In this document: positions 38,621-47,921 of the stretch, in pieces
How positions within the stretch are numbered: the stretch's first letter is position 1
Layout: every line of letters begins with the position of its first letter
NCBI GenBank assembly: GCA_030431435.1
Contig: JAUIJI010000001.1
Location: forward strand, 1 to 61,686
Direction: 5' to 3'
DNA: 61,686 bases
Source of the DNA: Alphaproteobacteria bacterium
GTDB taxonomy: Bacteria; Pseudomonadota; Alphaproteobacteria; Sphingomonadales; Sphingomonadaceae
The notes under the pieces: model-generated
Database searches by the model: none
What the model was told of the DNA's origin: nothing
The model's input: the letters and a program-made list of their open reading frames with translations, nothing else
Translations under genes and position numbers: made by a program

Positions 38621-39026
38621 GCGCCAGCAGATGTGAAGTGCAGCTGCGGCAATCGCTGCTCCCGAAACCGGGTAGCGGCGGTTCCGCGCCTGCATTGCCG
38701 AGCCTTGCTGCAAGATCGCACTCATTGCCTCCGGGGAAGACGCGGGCCGTGATCTCCCTTGCCGCGATGGTCAGCTGGTCGATATGCCAGTGCGGCTTCT
38801 TCTCGCACCGAAAATGGCGGGAAACGCGCGCGGCGATTCCGCCAGGACCATGGGCGCTGCCGCAATAGGCATAATGTCCTGCCGGCAGTGTGAAGTCGCG
38901 GCCAGAGAAGCGGCCCGTAAAGGCTGAGTCGAGCTCTATCAGCAGGACATAGGCACCTTTGTCGCGGGGCAGGTCCGCGCAGTCATGGGCTCTGAAAACC
39001 CGGCCCTGGCCGAGCGCGGCGATCAT
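38613..39026 (-). CDS. GIY-YIG superfamily nuclease (DUF123 / Uri-type)
   Basis: KGAYVL, YAYCGSA.GPGG..AR..RH, KPHWHIDQL, EC, GFGSSDCRSCTSHL. Confidence 0.85.
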   Translation of the reverse strand: MIAALGQGRVFRAHDCADLPRDKGAYVLLIELDSAFTGRFSGRDFTLPAGHYAYCGSAHGPGGIAARVSRHFRCEKKPHWHIDQLTIAAREITARVFPGGNECDLAARLGNAGAEPPLPGFGSSDCRSCTSHLLALR

Positions 39027-39685
39027 CCCTCGCGCGCGGCGCGGATCGCGGCTCCTCCGGCGAAGGGCGCGATCGCCACCAGAAGCAGGCTGATCGCTGC
39101 CGTGAGCGCCAGTCCGCCATCGCCGCCGGTCGAAAGCGCGCCCGCACCGAAGATCAGCAGCGGCACGGCAAGCGGGATTACCAGCAGGCCCGAAAGCGCC
39201 GCACCCCCGCTGCGCAGGCCCACGGTGATTGCGGCGATGATGATGCCGATGGCGGCCAGCCCCGGCGTGCCCGCGAGCAGGCCCAGCTCGACAATGCGCA
39301 AGGTCTCGCCATCAATGCCGACCAACGCGGAGGCGGGCAGGGCGGCAAGCATGATGAACGGCCCGAAGCTGAGCCAGTGCGCCAGCAATCGCACAGCCAC
39401 CACCACTTCTTCCGAAATGCCGCGCAAGGCCCACTGGTCGAAGAAGCCTTCGTGCACGTCACTCGCGAGCAGGCGGTCAAGCGGAAGGATCGCGGCGAGC
39501 AGGGCAGCAACCCAGATCACTCCGCCGCCGGTTGCCGCCAGCAGTGTGGGATTGGGACCAACGGCGAAGGGATAAAGCATGGCCACGGCAAGGAAGAACA
39601 GCAACGGCAGCATGGTCCCGCCGCTCGAGGTGCCGGGCAGGAAGCGGCCAAGATCGCGCTTCAGCAGGCTGGCGAGTATGGTCAA
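39023..39685 (-). CDS. ccmB: Heme exporter protein CcmB
   Basis: PLLFFLAV...PFAVGP, GVIWVAALLA, LLVIPLAVPLLIFG. TTG start overlaps the ccmA stop. Confidence 0.93.
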   Translation of the reverse strand: MTILASLLKRDLGRFLPGTSSGGTMLPLLFFLAVAMLYPFAVGPNPTLLAATGGGVIWVAALLAAILPLDRLLASDVHEGFFDQWALRGISEEVVVAVRLLAHWLSFGPFIMLAALPASALVGIDGETLRIVELGLLAGTPGLAAIGIIIAAITVGLRSGGAALSGLLVIPLAVPLLIFGAGALSTGGDGGLALTAAISLLLVAIAPFAGGAAIRAAREG

Positions 39686-40257
39686 AGGGCATACTCCGCA
39701 AGGCTGAGAGTGCTCATCCCCGGCAAGTCGAAGCGCTGGTGGCTGGCGATAACGGCAATTCCGCCGCCAGCGCAATGCTGTGCCACCAGTTCCTCGCACA
39801 GTTTGACCGCATCGACATCCAGCCCGTTCAGCGGTTCGTCGAGCAGCCAGATATCGGCCTGCTGGCCGATCAGCCGCGCCAGTGCGGCGCGCTTGCGCTG
39901 GCCGGTGGATAGGTAGCGCACCGGCACGTCGAGCAGACTGGCGATCCCGAGCTGTTCGAGCGGCGCAGCCTCGCGGTCGAGCGCGGTCCAGAAGGACAGC
40001 GCCTTGCCCAATGGCTGGTCATTGTCGAGCGCAGGCCTCTCGTCGAGCAGGCCGATCGTGCCTGCGCGCTCCACCGTCCCGTCGAACGGACGCGCCAGCC
40101 CTGCAAGGATGCGGATCAGGCTCGATTTGCCGATACCGTTCGCGCCTGAAACTTGCAGCGCCTGTCCCGCCTCCAACGCCAGCGACAGGCGCGCGAAAAG
40201 CAGCCGGTCGCCCCGACGGCAGGCAATATCACGCGCGGCGAGGCGGAACGGTTCCAT
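39682..40257 (-). CDS. ccmA: Heme ABC exporter ATP-binding protein CcmA
   Basis: RGDRLLF, Walker [23 protein letters not shown]. Confidence 0.95.
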   Translation of the reverse strand: MEPFRLAARDIACRRGDRLLFARLSLALEAGQALQVSGANGIGKSSLIRILAGLARPFDGTVERAGTIGLLDERPALDNDQPLGKALSFWTALDREAAPLEQLGIASLLDVPVRYLSTGQRKRAALARLIGQQADIWLLDEPLNGLDVDAVKLCEELVAQHCAGGGIAVIASHQRFDLPGMSTLSLAEYAL

Positions 40258-40310
40258 GGACGGCAGCGTTAGTGCAGAGTTACGCGCACGACAAGAAAGC
40301 GAGAGACATT

Positions 40311-40604
40311 ATGGCCGTCGAACAACTCACCCAAGCCGAACGCGAGGAAATGCTCGCCGCGCATCCGGAGTGGAGCCTGCGCGATGACGGCAAGGCAATC
40401 TGCCGCGACTTCAAGTTCGGCAACTTCAGCGAGGCATGGGGTTTCATGAGCCGCGTGGCGCTGATCGCGGAAAAGCAGGACCACCACCCCGAATGGTCGA
40501 ACGTCTATAACAACGTCTCGATCACCCTTTCCACGCATGATGCTGGCGGGCTGTCCGCACGCGATGCCAAGATGGCCAAGGCCATCGACAAATTGACACA
40601 ATAG
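40311..40604 (+). CDS. phhB: Pterin-4a-carbinolamine dehydratase
   Basis: [28 protein letters not shown]. Confidence 0.95.
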   Translation: MAVEQLTQAEREEMLAAHPEWSLRDDGKAICRDFKFGNFSEAWGFMSRVALIAEKQDHHPEWSNVYNNVSITLSTHDAGGLSARDAKMAKAIDKLTQ

Positions 40605-40683
40605 ACCGCTTGGCAAGCTCCCCGTCCCCTGCAAATATGTAGTCCAGATAACGAAATTTGCAGTTCCGGGAGAGGGGACAGAG

Positions 40684-43335
40684 ATGAAGCGCGACAATGT
40701 TCGCACGAAGCTGGCTTGCCTGCTTGTTTCCACCGCACTGACGCTGGGCGTAGCAACCGGCGCCGCGGCGCAAGACCATCACGATCATGCAGCGATGGCG
40801 GTGGATGAGGCTGGCCCCGCCATCAGCGAGACGCTGCCGTGGTCTGACCCGGCGTCATGGCCCGATGGCAAGGTGCCTGAAGAAGGCGATGCGGTGATGA
40901 TCGCAAGGGGGATGGATATCCTCCTCGATGTTGATCCGCCCGCGCTGCGCAGCCTCACGATTGATGGCAAGCTCAGCTTCTCCGACGATCTTGATATCAG
41001 CCTGGAGACCGAGTGGATCTACCTGCGGCGCGGCGAGCTGCATATCGGCAGCGAAGAGGCTCCGCATACGCGCCAGGCCACGATCACCCTCACCGACAAT
41101 GTTCCGGGTGAGGACATCAACACCATGGGCGATCGCGGTATCCTGGTGATGGGCGGCAAGCTCAGCCTGCACGGCAACCGCGAGAACAGCTGGACCAAGC
41201 TCTCGGCTACGGCACAGGCCGGCAGCAACACTATCGAGGTGCTGGACGCGAGCGGCTGGAAAGCGGGCGACGAAATCGTCCTCGCGTCGACAGACTTCAA
41301 TCCGCGGCAGGCGGAGAAGCGCATGATTGCTGCCATTGACGGCAACACCATCACGCTCGACCGGCCGCTGGAATACATGCACTTCGGCGAGATCACCTAT
41401 GACGTCGACCAGCGCGGCGAAGTGGGCATGCTGACCCGCAATATCCGCATCCAGGCATCCGACGATGCCGAGGAAAGTTATTTTGGCGGTCACATCATGG
41501 CGATGCTGGCCTCGCAGGTCCGCGTTTCGGGTGTCGAGCTCTATCGCATGGGCCAGCACCTGCATCTGGCGCGCTATCCCATCCACTGGCACCTTGTGGG
41601 CGAAGGAGCGGGCCAGTATATCCGCAACTCCGCGATCCACGATACCTACAGCCGCTGCGTAACCGTTCACGGCACGCACAATGTGCTGCTGGAAAACAAC
41701 GTGGCCTTCAACAATGTCGGCCACTGCTATTTCCTCGAAGATGCGGTGGAGACGGGCAACCAGCTTGTCCGGAACCTTGGCATCCAGACAAAGTGCCACC
41801 CGACCTTGCCCTGCCTGCCAGCCAACCTTGGTCCGGAAGGATCGCGCATGGCATCGGCGGCAATCGAGGGGCGCGGCACCACCGGCCAGCAGTCCGAACA
41901 TGTGCTGATCCCTTCGGACAATACTGTCTCTACCTTCTGGATCACCAATCCGGACAATGTCTATCGCGACAACGTGGCGGCGGGATCGGACCAGATCGGT
42001 TTCTGGTTCGCCCTGCCTGTGCATCCGACAGGCGAATTCGAAGGCACGCCGGTCAGCGAGAACACCTGGCCGCGGCGCACGAAGGTACGCGAGTTCTCCG
42101 GCAATGTGGCCCATTCCAATTATGACGGGCTGATGTTCGATCGCGGTCCCAACCCGGACGGCACCTTCAGCGTCGGCGGCAGCAACTACCATTTCCCCAC
42201 CGCTGACCCTGCCGATCCGAACAGCGAGCCGCTGGTGTCGGAGTTCGCCAATTTCACCGCATACAAGAACCGCAACGGCGCGGTATGGGGCAGGGGCGAA
42301 TTGCACCTCTTCACCAATTTGCGCGTGGCAGACAACGCCATCGGCTTCACCCACGCGGCATCAGCCGTCGGGCGGGCGGAATATACATCGAAAGTGGTGG
42401 ATTCCATTTTCGTGGGGGAAAGCGACAATATCGGCAATCCCTCGACCCCGGCAGAGATCGCCTATGGCCGCAGCCTGCCCAATGACCTGCCCGATTTCCC
42501 CATTCGCGGCTATGAATATTACGACATGCGCCACGATGTGGAGAACACGCGCTTCGTGAACTTCATGCCCAATGACCTGCGCGATGCCGGGGCGTTGTCC
42601 TACCTCATGTACACCAGCTTCGGGATGAGTACGGAGAATGCCATCGAGGGCGCGACCTTCGTCAATTCCAAGCCGGTCAGCTTCCCGCCATATGTGCGGG
42701 CATGGGCTTCGGACCTTGGCCGTGGCAACGCGTGGCGCGGCGCGGCGATCCTGGACAAGGATGGTTCTGTCGGTGGCAAGCCGGGCGCCTTCATCGTGCT
42801 CGACAACGGCATCGCCTCTGACGAGGAGGCTTGCGAGATCAAGCCCGATTGGGGCGCGGCGGTTTGCGAAGGCGACTTCGGCCATTTCGGCCTTGGTCCC
42901 AACATGGGCTTTGGCACCGGGCCGATCGAAAACCCGATCATGCTGAGCCGCAACGGCAGGCGCTGGGAATATACCGGCCAGACGACGATTCGCAGCGGGG
43001 CAGAGGTGCGGGTGGAAACCAGCCGCACGGACCTGTCGCTCTCGCTGCGCGAGATGGAGGACGGATCCTGGGTAGTCTTCGAACTTCCTGGCTTCACCAC
43101 CGCCGCAGCCGAGGACCTGCAGCAGCCCAGCCTTGAAGCTCTGCGCGCTGCAGACAGCACCGCATGGTTCAGGGACGAGGACAGCCTGTGGGTCAAGCTG
43201 GTGGTGGACAACAGCGGCGGCCAGAACGTGCAGATCGGCACACCCGGCTTTGGCGTCAGCACGGTCGGCACTGGCCCCGGTGGCGCTTTCGATGCAGGCG
43301 CGCGGCTCGAGGTCAGCCGTCTGGCAATGCGCTGA
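40684..43335 (+). CDS. Secreted G8-domain / parallel beta-helix protein, TMEM2/CEMIP-like
   Basis: Signal peptide, G8 domain (WSDPASWPDGKVP...IGSEEAP...LSLHG), WKAGDEIVLASTD, RGEVGMLTRNI, FGGHIM, MGQ...RYPIHWH, SRCVTVHGT, GHCYFLED, VSTFWITNP, NVAAGS, FVGES, FPIRG. Confidence 0.88.
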   Translation: MKRDNVRTKLACLLVSTALTLGVATGAAAQDHHDHAAMAVDEAGPAISETLPWSDPASWPDGKVPEEGDAVMIARGMDILLDVDPPALRSLTIDGKLSFSDDLDISLETEWIYLRRGELHIGSEEAPHTRQATITLTDNVPGEDINTMGDRGILVMGGKLSLHGNRENSWTKLSATAQAGSNTIEVLDASGWKAGDEIVLASTDFNPRQAEKRMIAAIDGNTITLDRPLEYMHFGEITYDVDQRGEVGMLTRNIRIQASDDAEESYFGGHIMAMLASQVRVSGVELYRMGQHLHLARYPIHWHLVGEGAGQYIRNSAIHDTYSRCVTVHGTHNVLLENNVAFNNVGHCYFLEDAVETGNQLVRNLGIQTKCHPTLPCLPANLGPEGSRMASAAIEGRGTTGQQSEHVLIPSDNTVSTFWITNPDNVYRDNVAAGSDQIGFWFALPVHPTGEFEGTPVSENTWPRRTKVREFSGNVAHSNYDGLMFDRGPNPDGTFSVGGSNYHFPTADPADPNSEPLVSEFANFTAYKNRNGAVWGRGELHLFTNLRVADNAIGFTHAASAVGRAEYTSKVVDSIFVGESDNIGNPSTPAEIAYGRSLPNDLPDFPIRGYEYYDMRHDVENTRFVNFMPNDLRDAGALSYLMYTSFGMSTENAIEGATFVNSKPVSFPPYVRAWASDLGRGNAWRGAAILDKDGSVGGKPGAFIVLDNGIASDEEACEIKPDWGAAVCEGDFGHFGLGPNMGFGTGPIENPIMLSRNGRRWEYTGQTTIRSGAEVRVETSRTDLSLSLREMEDGSWVVFELPGFTTAAAEDLQQPSLEALRAADSTAWFRDEDSLWVKLVVDNSGGQNVQIGTPGFGVSTVGTGPGGAFDAGARLEVSRLAMR

Positions 43336-43341
43336 GGCGCA

Positions 43342-43369
43342 GTGAAGGGCCTCAGCCGAGGCCCTTCAC
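43342..43369. terminator. Hairpin between convergent genes; possible bidirectional terminator
   Basis: GTGAAGGGCCTC-AGCC-GAGGCCCTTCAC, perfect 12-bp stem, no clear U-tract. Confidence 0.6.
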
Positions 43370-45316
43370 GAACTCCTCACCCGTGCGGATTTCGGCGGTG
43401 GACTTGCTGACCACGTCGCCCATCGGCTCGACCCGTCCGCCAAGGCAGCTGGCGAGGAAGCCTTCGGTAATCGCGTTGAAGGCGATGTTGTTTTCCGGGC
43501 GGTGGAAGCCGTGGCCTTCGTCGGGGAAGAGCACGTAGGTCACCGGGATGCCGTGGCTTTCCATCGCTTCCACGATCTGGTCACTCTCGGGCTGCTTCAC
43601 GCGTGGATCGTTCGCCCCCTGTCCGATCAGCAGCGGGCGGGCGATGCGGTTGGCCTTGTGTAGCGGGCTGCAATCCACCAGCAGCTGCTTGCCTTCGGGC
43701 GTGTTGGGGTTGCCCATCCGCTCGTGGAACTGTTTCACCATCGGTTCCCAGTACGGCGGGATCGTTTCCAGCAGCGTTTCCAGATTTGACGGGCCGACGA
43801 TGTCCACGCCGCAAGCAAATACGTCCGGCGTGTAGGTCAGCCCCACCAAGGTGGCATAGCCGCCATAGGACCCGCCCATGATGGCGACCTTGTCCTTGTC
43901 CGCGATGCCGGCCTCTACGGCCCAGTTCACCGCGTCGATCAGATCGTCATGCATGGTCTTCGACCATTGCAAATTGGCGGCATTGACGAAGTCCTTGCCG
44001 AAGCCTGTGGAACCGCGGAAGTTGACCGACAGCACGGCATAACCGCGATTGGCGAGCCACTGGTGCGTGCGGTTATAGCCATAGCCATCGCGCGCCCACG
44101 GGCCACCGTGGACTACCAGCACCATCGGCACCGGCGCATCGGGAATGCCGTCACCATCGGGATCGCAATTGGCGGGGAGGGTGAGGTAGGACGGCAGGGT
44201 CAGGCCATCGCGCGCCGCGATCTCGCGGCAGTGCATGGGCTGCAGCGGCTGGCCTTCCAGTTCCGGCTTGGTGACATAGAACAGGGTCAGGCTGTCGGCC
44301 TCGCGATCATAGATGAAGCTGCGGATCGGCGCGGTCAGCGGGTCGTTCCACACCAGCCACTTGGTATCGTCATCGGTGCGTGACTGGATGCCGAAATCGC
44401 CATCGAGCTGGTCGCGCAGCCAGTCGAGCGAGGCCTTGATGCCTTCATCAAAGCAATGCCATTCGGTGCGCAAATAGGTGACGGAATAGGCCTGCACTTC
44501 GCCTGTCTTGGGATGGCCGATTGTGCCGCCGATATCCGCGCGGTCATCCTCGGCGATCAGCTTGCGTGTCCCCGTTTCGGTATCCTCGGCATAAAGCGCG
44601 CCGGTGTTGCGGCCACGGCTGTCCCGCCAGTAGAGCGTCTTGCCGTCCGTGGTGTAGCCGCCCATGCCCGATGTCAGCGTGTCATCCATCGGGATGACCT
44701 CGTCCGGCTCCTCCGAAATCACGCCGTCGGTGATGCGATGGAGGTCCACCCCGCCAGCCTCGTTCTGGCGTTCCACCCAGCGCAGCGTCAGGCTGTCATC
44801 GGCGGTGAAGCCGGCCCATTCGTTGTTCTCGAAAACCAGTTCCAGCTCGCCCGTGGTGAGGTTGAGCAGGTATACGTCGTGAAAACGCGGATCGCGGTTG
44901 TTGAGGCCGATCAGGAACTTGTCCTTGATGGTTTCCGAACCGCCGACGATCTGCACGCGGGTGTTCTCGAACGGGGTGACGCATGTCTCCTCGCCGCTGG
45001 CGATATCCACCTTGTAGAGCAGGTAATTTTCGTCGCCCGCCTTGTCCTGCACATAGAACAGCGCGCTGCTGTCCGGCGCGAAGAAATAGGTAGGGATCGG
45101 GCGATCCTTGGCATGCGTCATCAGCCGGGCGTTGTCAGGATCGTCGTAAGGCGCGAGCCAGACGTTCATCACCCCTTCGTGCGGCGCCATCCACCCCAGC
45201 CATTTGCCATCCGGGCTCAGCTTGCCGCCAGAGCGGACAGGATTGCCGAACAAGGCATCGCGGCTGATCAGGTCGACCCCCTTCAGGCGGTCGGCGGCGG
45301 TGGTGGCAGATGTCAT
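43352..45316 (-). CDS. S9 family (prolyl oligopeptidase / acylaminoacyl) peptidase
   Basis: VHGGPW, NFRGSTGFG, GGSYGG, GANDPRV, DEGHGF. Start placed at MTSATT. Confidence 0.94.
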   Translation of the reverse strand: MTSATTAADRLKGVDLISRDALFGNPVRSGGKLSPDGKWLGWMAPHEGVMNVWLAPYDDPDNARLMTHAKDRPIPTYFFAPDSSALFYVQDKAGDENYLLYKVDIASGEETCVTPFENTRVQIVGGSETIKDKFLIGLNNRDPRFHDVYLLNLTTGELELVFENNEWAGFTADDSLTLRWVERQNEAGGVDLHRITDGVISEEPDEVIPMDDTLTSGMGGYTTDGKTLYWRDSRGRNTGALYAEDTETGTRKLIAEDDRADIGGTIGHPKTGEVQAYSVTYLRTEWHCFDEGIKASLDWLRDQLDGDFGIQSRTDDDTKWLVWNDPLTAPIRSFIYDREADSLTLFYVTKPELEGQPLQPMHCREIAARDGLTLPSYLTLPANCDPDGDGIPDAPVPMVLVVHGGPWARDGYGYNRTHQWLANRGYAVLSVNFRGSTGFGKDFVNAANLQWSKTMHDDLIDAVNWAVEAGIADKDKVAIMGGSYGGYATLVGLTYTPDVFACGVDIVGPSNLETLLETIPPYWEPMVKQFHERMGNPNTPEGKQLLVDCSPLHKANRIARPLLIGQGANDPRVKQPESDQIVEAMESHGIPVTYVLFPDEGHGFHRPENNIAFNAITEGFLASCLGGRVEPMGDVVSKSTAEIRTGEEFVKGLG

Positions 45317-45422
45317 GGTAACTCCCGGTGTCGTGTCCGGTGGACAGGTAGGGTGCGTGCAGGGAAATGCAATCGCCACAACGTCTCCCTCTCCCATCAA
45401 GGGAGAAGGTTTGGCAGGGCAC

Positions 45423-46040
45423 TCAAAGCGCCGGATTGTCGTAGCAATGCCAGGTGAAGATCGCGAGCGCGCCGCGGTGGGGGCGCCAGGGGGCTGACAT
45501 GGCGCGGGTGGCCTTCTCGTCCGGGCGATCCTCCAGCCCCAGTATCTTGCCGATACCCGCCATTACCGCGAGGTCGCCAGCGGGCCAGATATCTTCGCGC
45601 CCTTCGGCAAACAGCAGGTAGATTTCGGCGGACCAGCGGCCGATACCCTTGATCTTCGTGAGTTCGGCGATGGCTTCCTCGTCATCGGCAGGCAGGCTCT
45701 CGAAATCGACCTCACCCGCTGCCACCAGTTCGCACAAGGACCGGGCATAGCCCTGTTTCTGGCGCGATAGTCCGCAAGCCCGAAGCGTGTCGAAATCGCG
45801 CTCGAGAAGGCAGGTGGGAGTGAACTCGCTGCCCAGCTCTGCCTCGAGCTTGTTCCACATGCTCGATGCAGCCGCCACGCTCACCTGCTGGCCCACGATG
45901 GTGCGCAGCATGGTCTTGTAGCCGCGATCGCGAATGCGCGCCTCAGGATAGCCGGCAAGTTCGACTGCGCGGGCAAAGGCTGCCTCGCGGTTCGCCAGCT
46001 CGTCCAGAGCCGCCCTGATCTGCCCTTCGCTCAATCCCAT
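45423..46040 (-). CDS. alkA: DNA-3-methyladenine glycosylase II (HhH-GPD)
   Basis: IVGQQVSVAAA, GLSRQK, HhH IKGIGRWSAE, PAGDL, WRPHR. Confidence 0.9.
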   Translation of the reverse strand: MGLSEGQIRAALDELANREAAFARAVELAGYPEARIRDRGYKTMLRTIVGQQVSVAAASSMWNKLEAELGSEFTPTCLLERDFDTLRACGLSRQKQGYARSLCELVAAGEVDFESLPADDEEAIAELTKIKGIGRWSAEIYLLFAEGREDIWPAGDLAVMAGIGKILGLEDRPDEKATRAMSAPWRPHRGALAIFTWHCYDNPAL

Positions 46041-46118
46041 CGGCGCACCTCGGTTCTTGCCATTCTCGCCGCGATTGCCTAGCAGCCGCGCTCAAACCGG
46101 ATAGGGAAAAATTGTGCC

Positions 46119-46436
46119 ATGCCAAAGCTGATCGTTGTCAACCGCTCGGGTGAGGAATCCACTGTCGAGGCAGCCAGCGGCCTTACCGTGATGGAGGCCA
46201 TTCGCGACAACGGGTTTGACGAGCTGCTCGCACTGTGCGGCGGCTGCTGCTCCTGCGCAACCTGCCACGTGCATGTCGACCCGGCCTTTGCCGACAAGCT
46301 GCCGGGCATGAGCGAGGACGAGGACGACCTGCTCGATTCCAGCGATCACCGCAGCGAAACCTCGCGCCTGTCGTGCCAGATCCCGTTCACCGACGACCTT
46401 GACGGGCTGAAGGTGACGATTGCCCAGGAAGACTGA
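46119..46436 (+). CDS. 2Fe-2S ferredoxin (adrenodoxin/putidaredoxin type)
   Basis: [12 protein letters not shown] and SRLSCQ. Confidence 0.95.
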   Translation: MPKLIVVNRSGEESTVEAASGLTVMEAIRDNGFDELLALCGGCCSCATCHVHVDPAFADKLPGMSEDEDDLLDSSDHRSETSRLSCQIPFTDDLDGLKVTIAQED

Positions 46437-46509
46437 GCAAGACAGTCTTTATCTGAGCCAAGGCGAAGGCGAGTTGCGTCACGCCGCGGCACGGCTTACC
46501 TGAATGGCC

Positions 46510-47511
46510 ATGACAAGCCTCGCTACACGACAGAATACCATCGACCTTATCGGCAATACGCCGCTCGTCCTGTTGAAAGGACCGAGCGAGGCGGCCGGGT
46601 GCGAGATCTGGGGCAAGTGCGAATTCGCCAACCCCGGCGCATCGGTGAAGGACCGCGCGGCATTGTGGATCATCCGCGATGCCGAACAGCGCGGCGAACT
46701 GCAGCCTGGCGGCACGGTGGTTGAAGGCACGGCGGGCAATACCGGCATCGGCATTGCGCTGGTGGCCAACGCCCGCGGCTACAAGACGATCATCGTGATG
46801 CCGGACAACCAGTCCAAGGAAAAGATGGACACGCTGCGCGCGCTGGGCGCGGAGCTGGTCCTCGTCCCGCCGACCAAGTTCGCTGACCCCAACCACTTCG
46901 TCCACACTTCGCGCCGCATTGCCGAGGAGACAGAGGGCGCTGTCTGGGCCAACCAGTTCGACAATGTCGCCAACCGCCGCGCGCATATCGAAGGGACCGC
47001 GCCGGAAATTTGGGAGCAGATGGAAGGCAAGCTCGATGGCTTCACCTGCGCCGTGGGCACCGGCGGCACGCTGGCAGGTGTGGGCATGGGGCTGAAGGCG
47101 TTTGACGAGGACATCCGCATCGCGCTGACCGATCCCCACGGCGCGGCGCTCTACAACTATTACGCCAATGGCGAATTGAAGGCCGAAGGTTCCTCTGTCG
47201 CCGAAGGCATCGGGCAGGGCCGCATCACCGCCAACCTGGAAGGTGCACCGGTCGATACCCAGTTCCGCATTTCGGACGAGGAAGGCATGGAATGGGTCGC
47301 CCGCCTGCTGCGCGAGGAGGGGCTGTGCCTTGGCCTTTCCAGCGGCATCAACGTGGCTGGTGCGGTGGCGCTGGGCAAGGAACTCGGTGCCGGCAAGCGC
47401 GTGGCCACGATCCTGTGCGATACGGGTTTCCGCTACCTTTCCAGCCTCTACAACGCCGAGTGGCTTGCATCGAAGAACCTGCCGGTTTTCGACTGGCTGC
47501 GTTCATCTTGA
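46510..47511 (+). CDS. cysK: Cysteine synthase A
   Basis: IGNTPLV, NPGASVKDR, TAGNTG, GTGGT, EGIG. Start at 46504 or 46510. Confidence 0.92.
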   Translation: MTSLATRQNTIDLIGNTPLVLLKGPSEAAGCEIWGKCEFANPGASVKDRAALWIIRDAEQRGELQPGGTVVEGTAGNTGIGIALVANARGYKTIIVMPDNQSKEKMDTLRALGAELVLVPPTKFADPNHFVHTSRRIAEETEGAVWANQFDNVANRRAHIEGTAPEIWEQMEGKLDGFTCAVGTGGTLAGVGMGLKAFDEDIRIALTDPHGAALYNYYANGELKAEGSSVAEGIGQGRITANLEGAPVDTQFRISDEEGMEWVARLLREEGLCLGLSSGINVAGAVALGKELGAGKRVATILCDTGFRYLSSLYNAEWLASKNLPVFDWLRSS

Positions 47512-47528
47512 GGCGTTAGGATAAGCGC

Positions 47529-47921
47529 ATGGCGCTTGATCCGAACGATTACGACTTTGCCGGTCTCGATGGCAGCGAACAGCCGCCTTCGCCGCTTGCC
47601 GGCACGCGCTCGCAGAGCATCCAGCGGTTGCAGGTGGGGCTGTTCGGACTTGCCGCAATGGTCATGGTTCTGGGGCTGGCGGATATCATCATGTCGACCG
47701 CAGAGAACAACCAGGTGGCGACCGCGGAAGAGCTGCCGCCAGTGAGTGCGGAGGATGTCCCGCCGCCGACGCCGCAGCCGCAGCGCGATCCGCTCGCCGA
47801 GGCCGGCGTCGTGCCGGACCTGCCTGCAGAGCCGGAGCCCGAAGCGCAGTCGACTGCTGTCCCCGCTGTTGTTGTGCCTCCTCCTGCAAGCAATGCGCAA
47901 GCGCCTGCCAATGCGAACTAG
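47529..47921 (+). CDS. Hypothetical single-TM protein with a Pro-rich C-terminus
   Basis: QRLQVGLFGL TM segment, DPLAEAGVVP motif; in-operon position. Confidence 0.7.
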   Translation: MALDPNDYDFAGLDGSEQPPSPLAGTRSQSIQRLQVGLFGLAAMVMVLGLADIIMSTAENNQVATAEELPPVSAEDVPPPTPQPQRDPLAEAGVVPDLPAEPEPEAQSTAVPAVVVPPPASNAQAPANAN

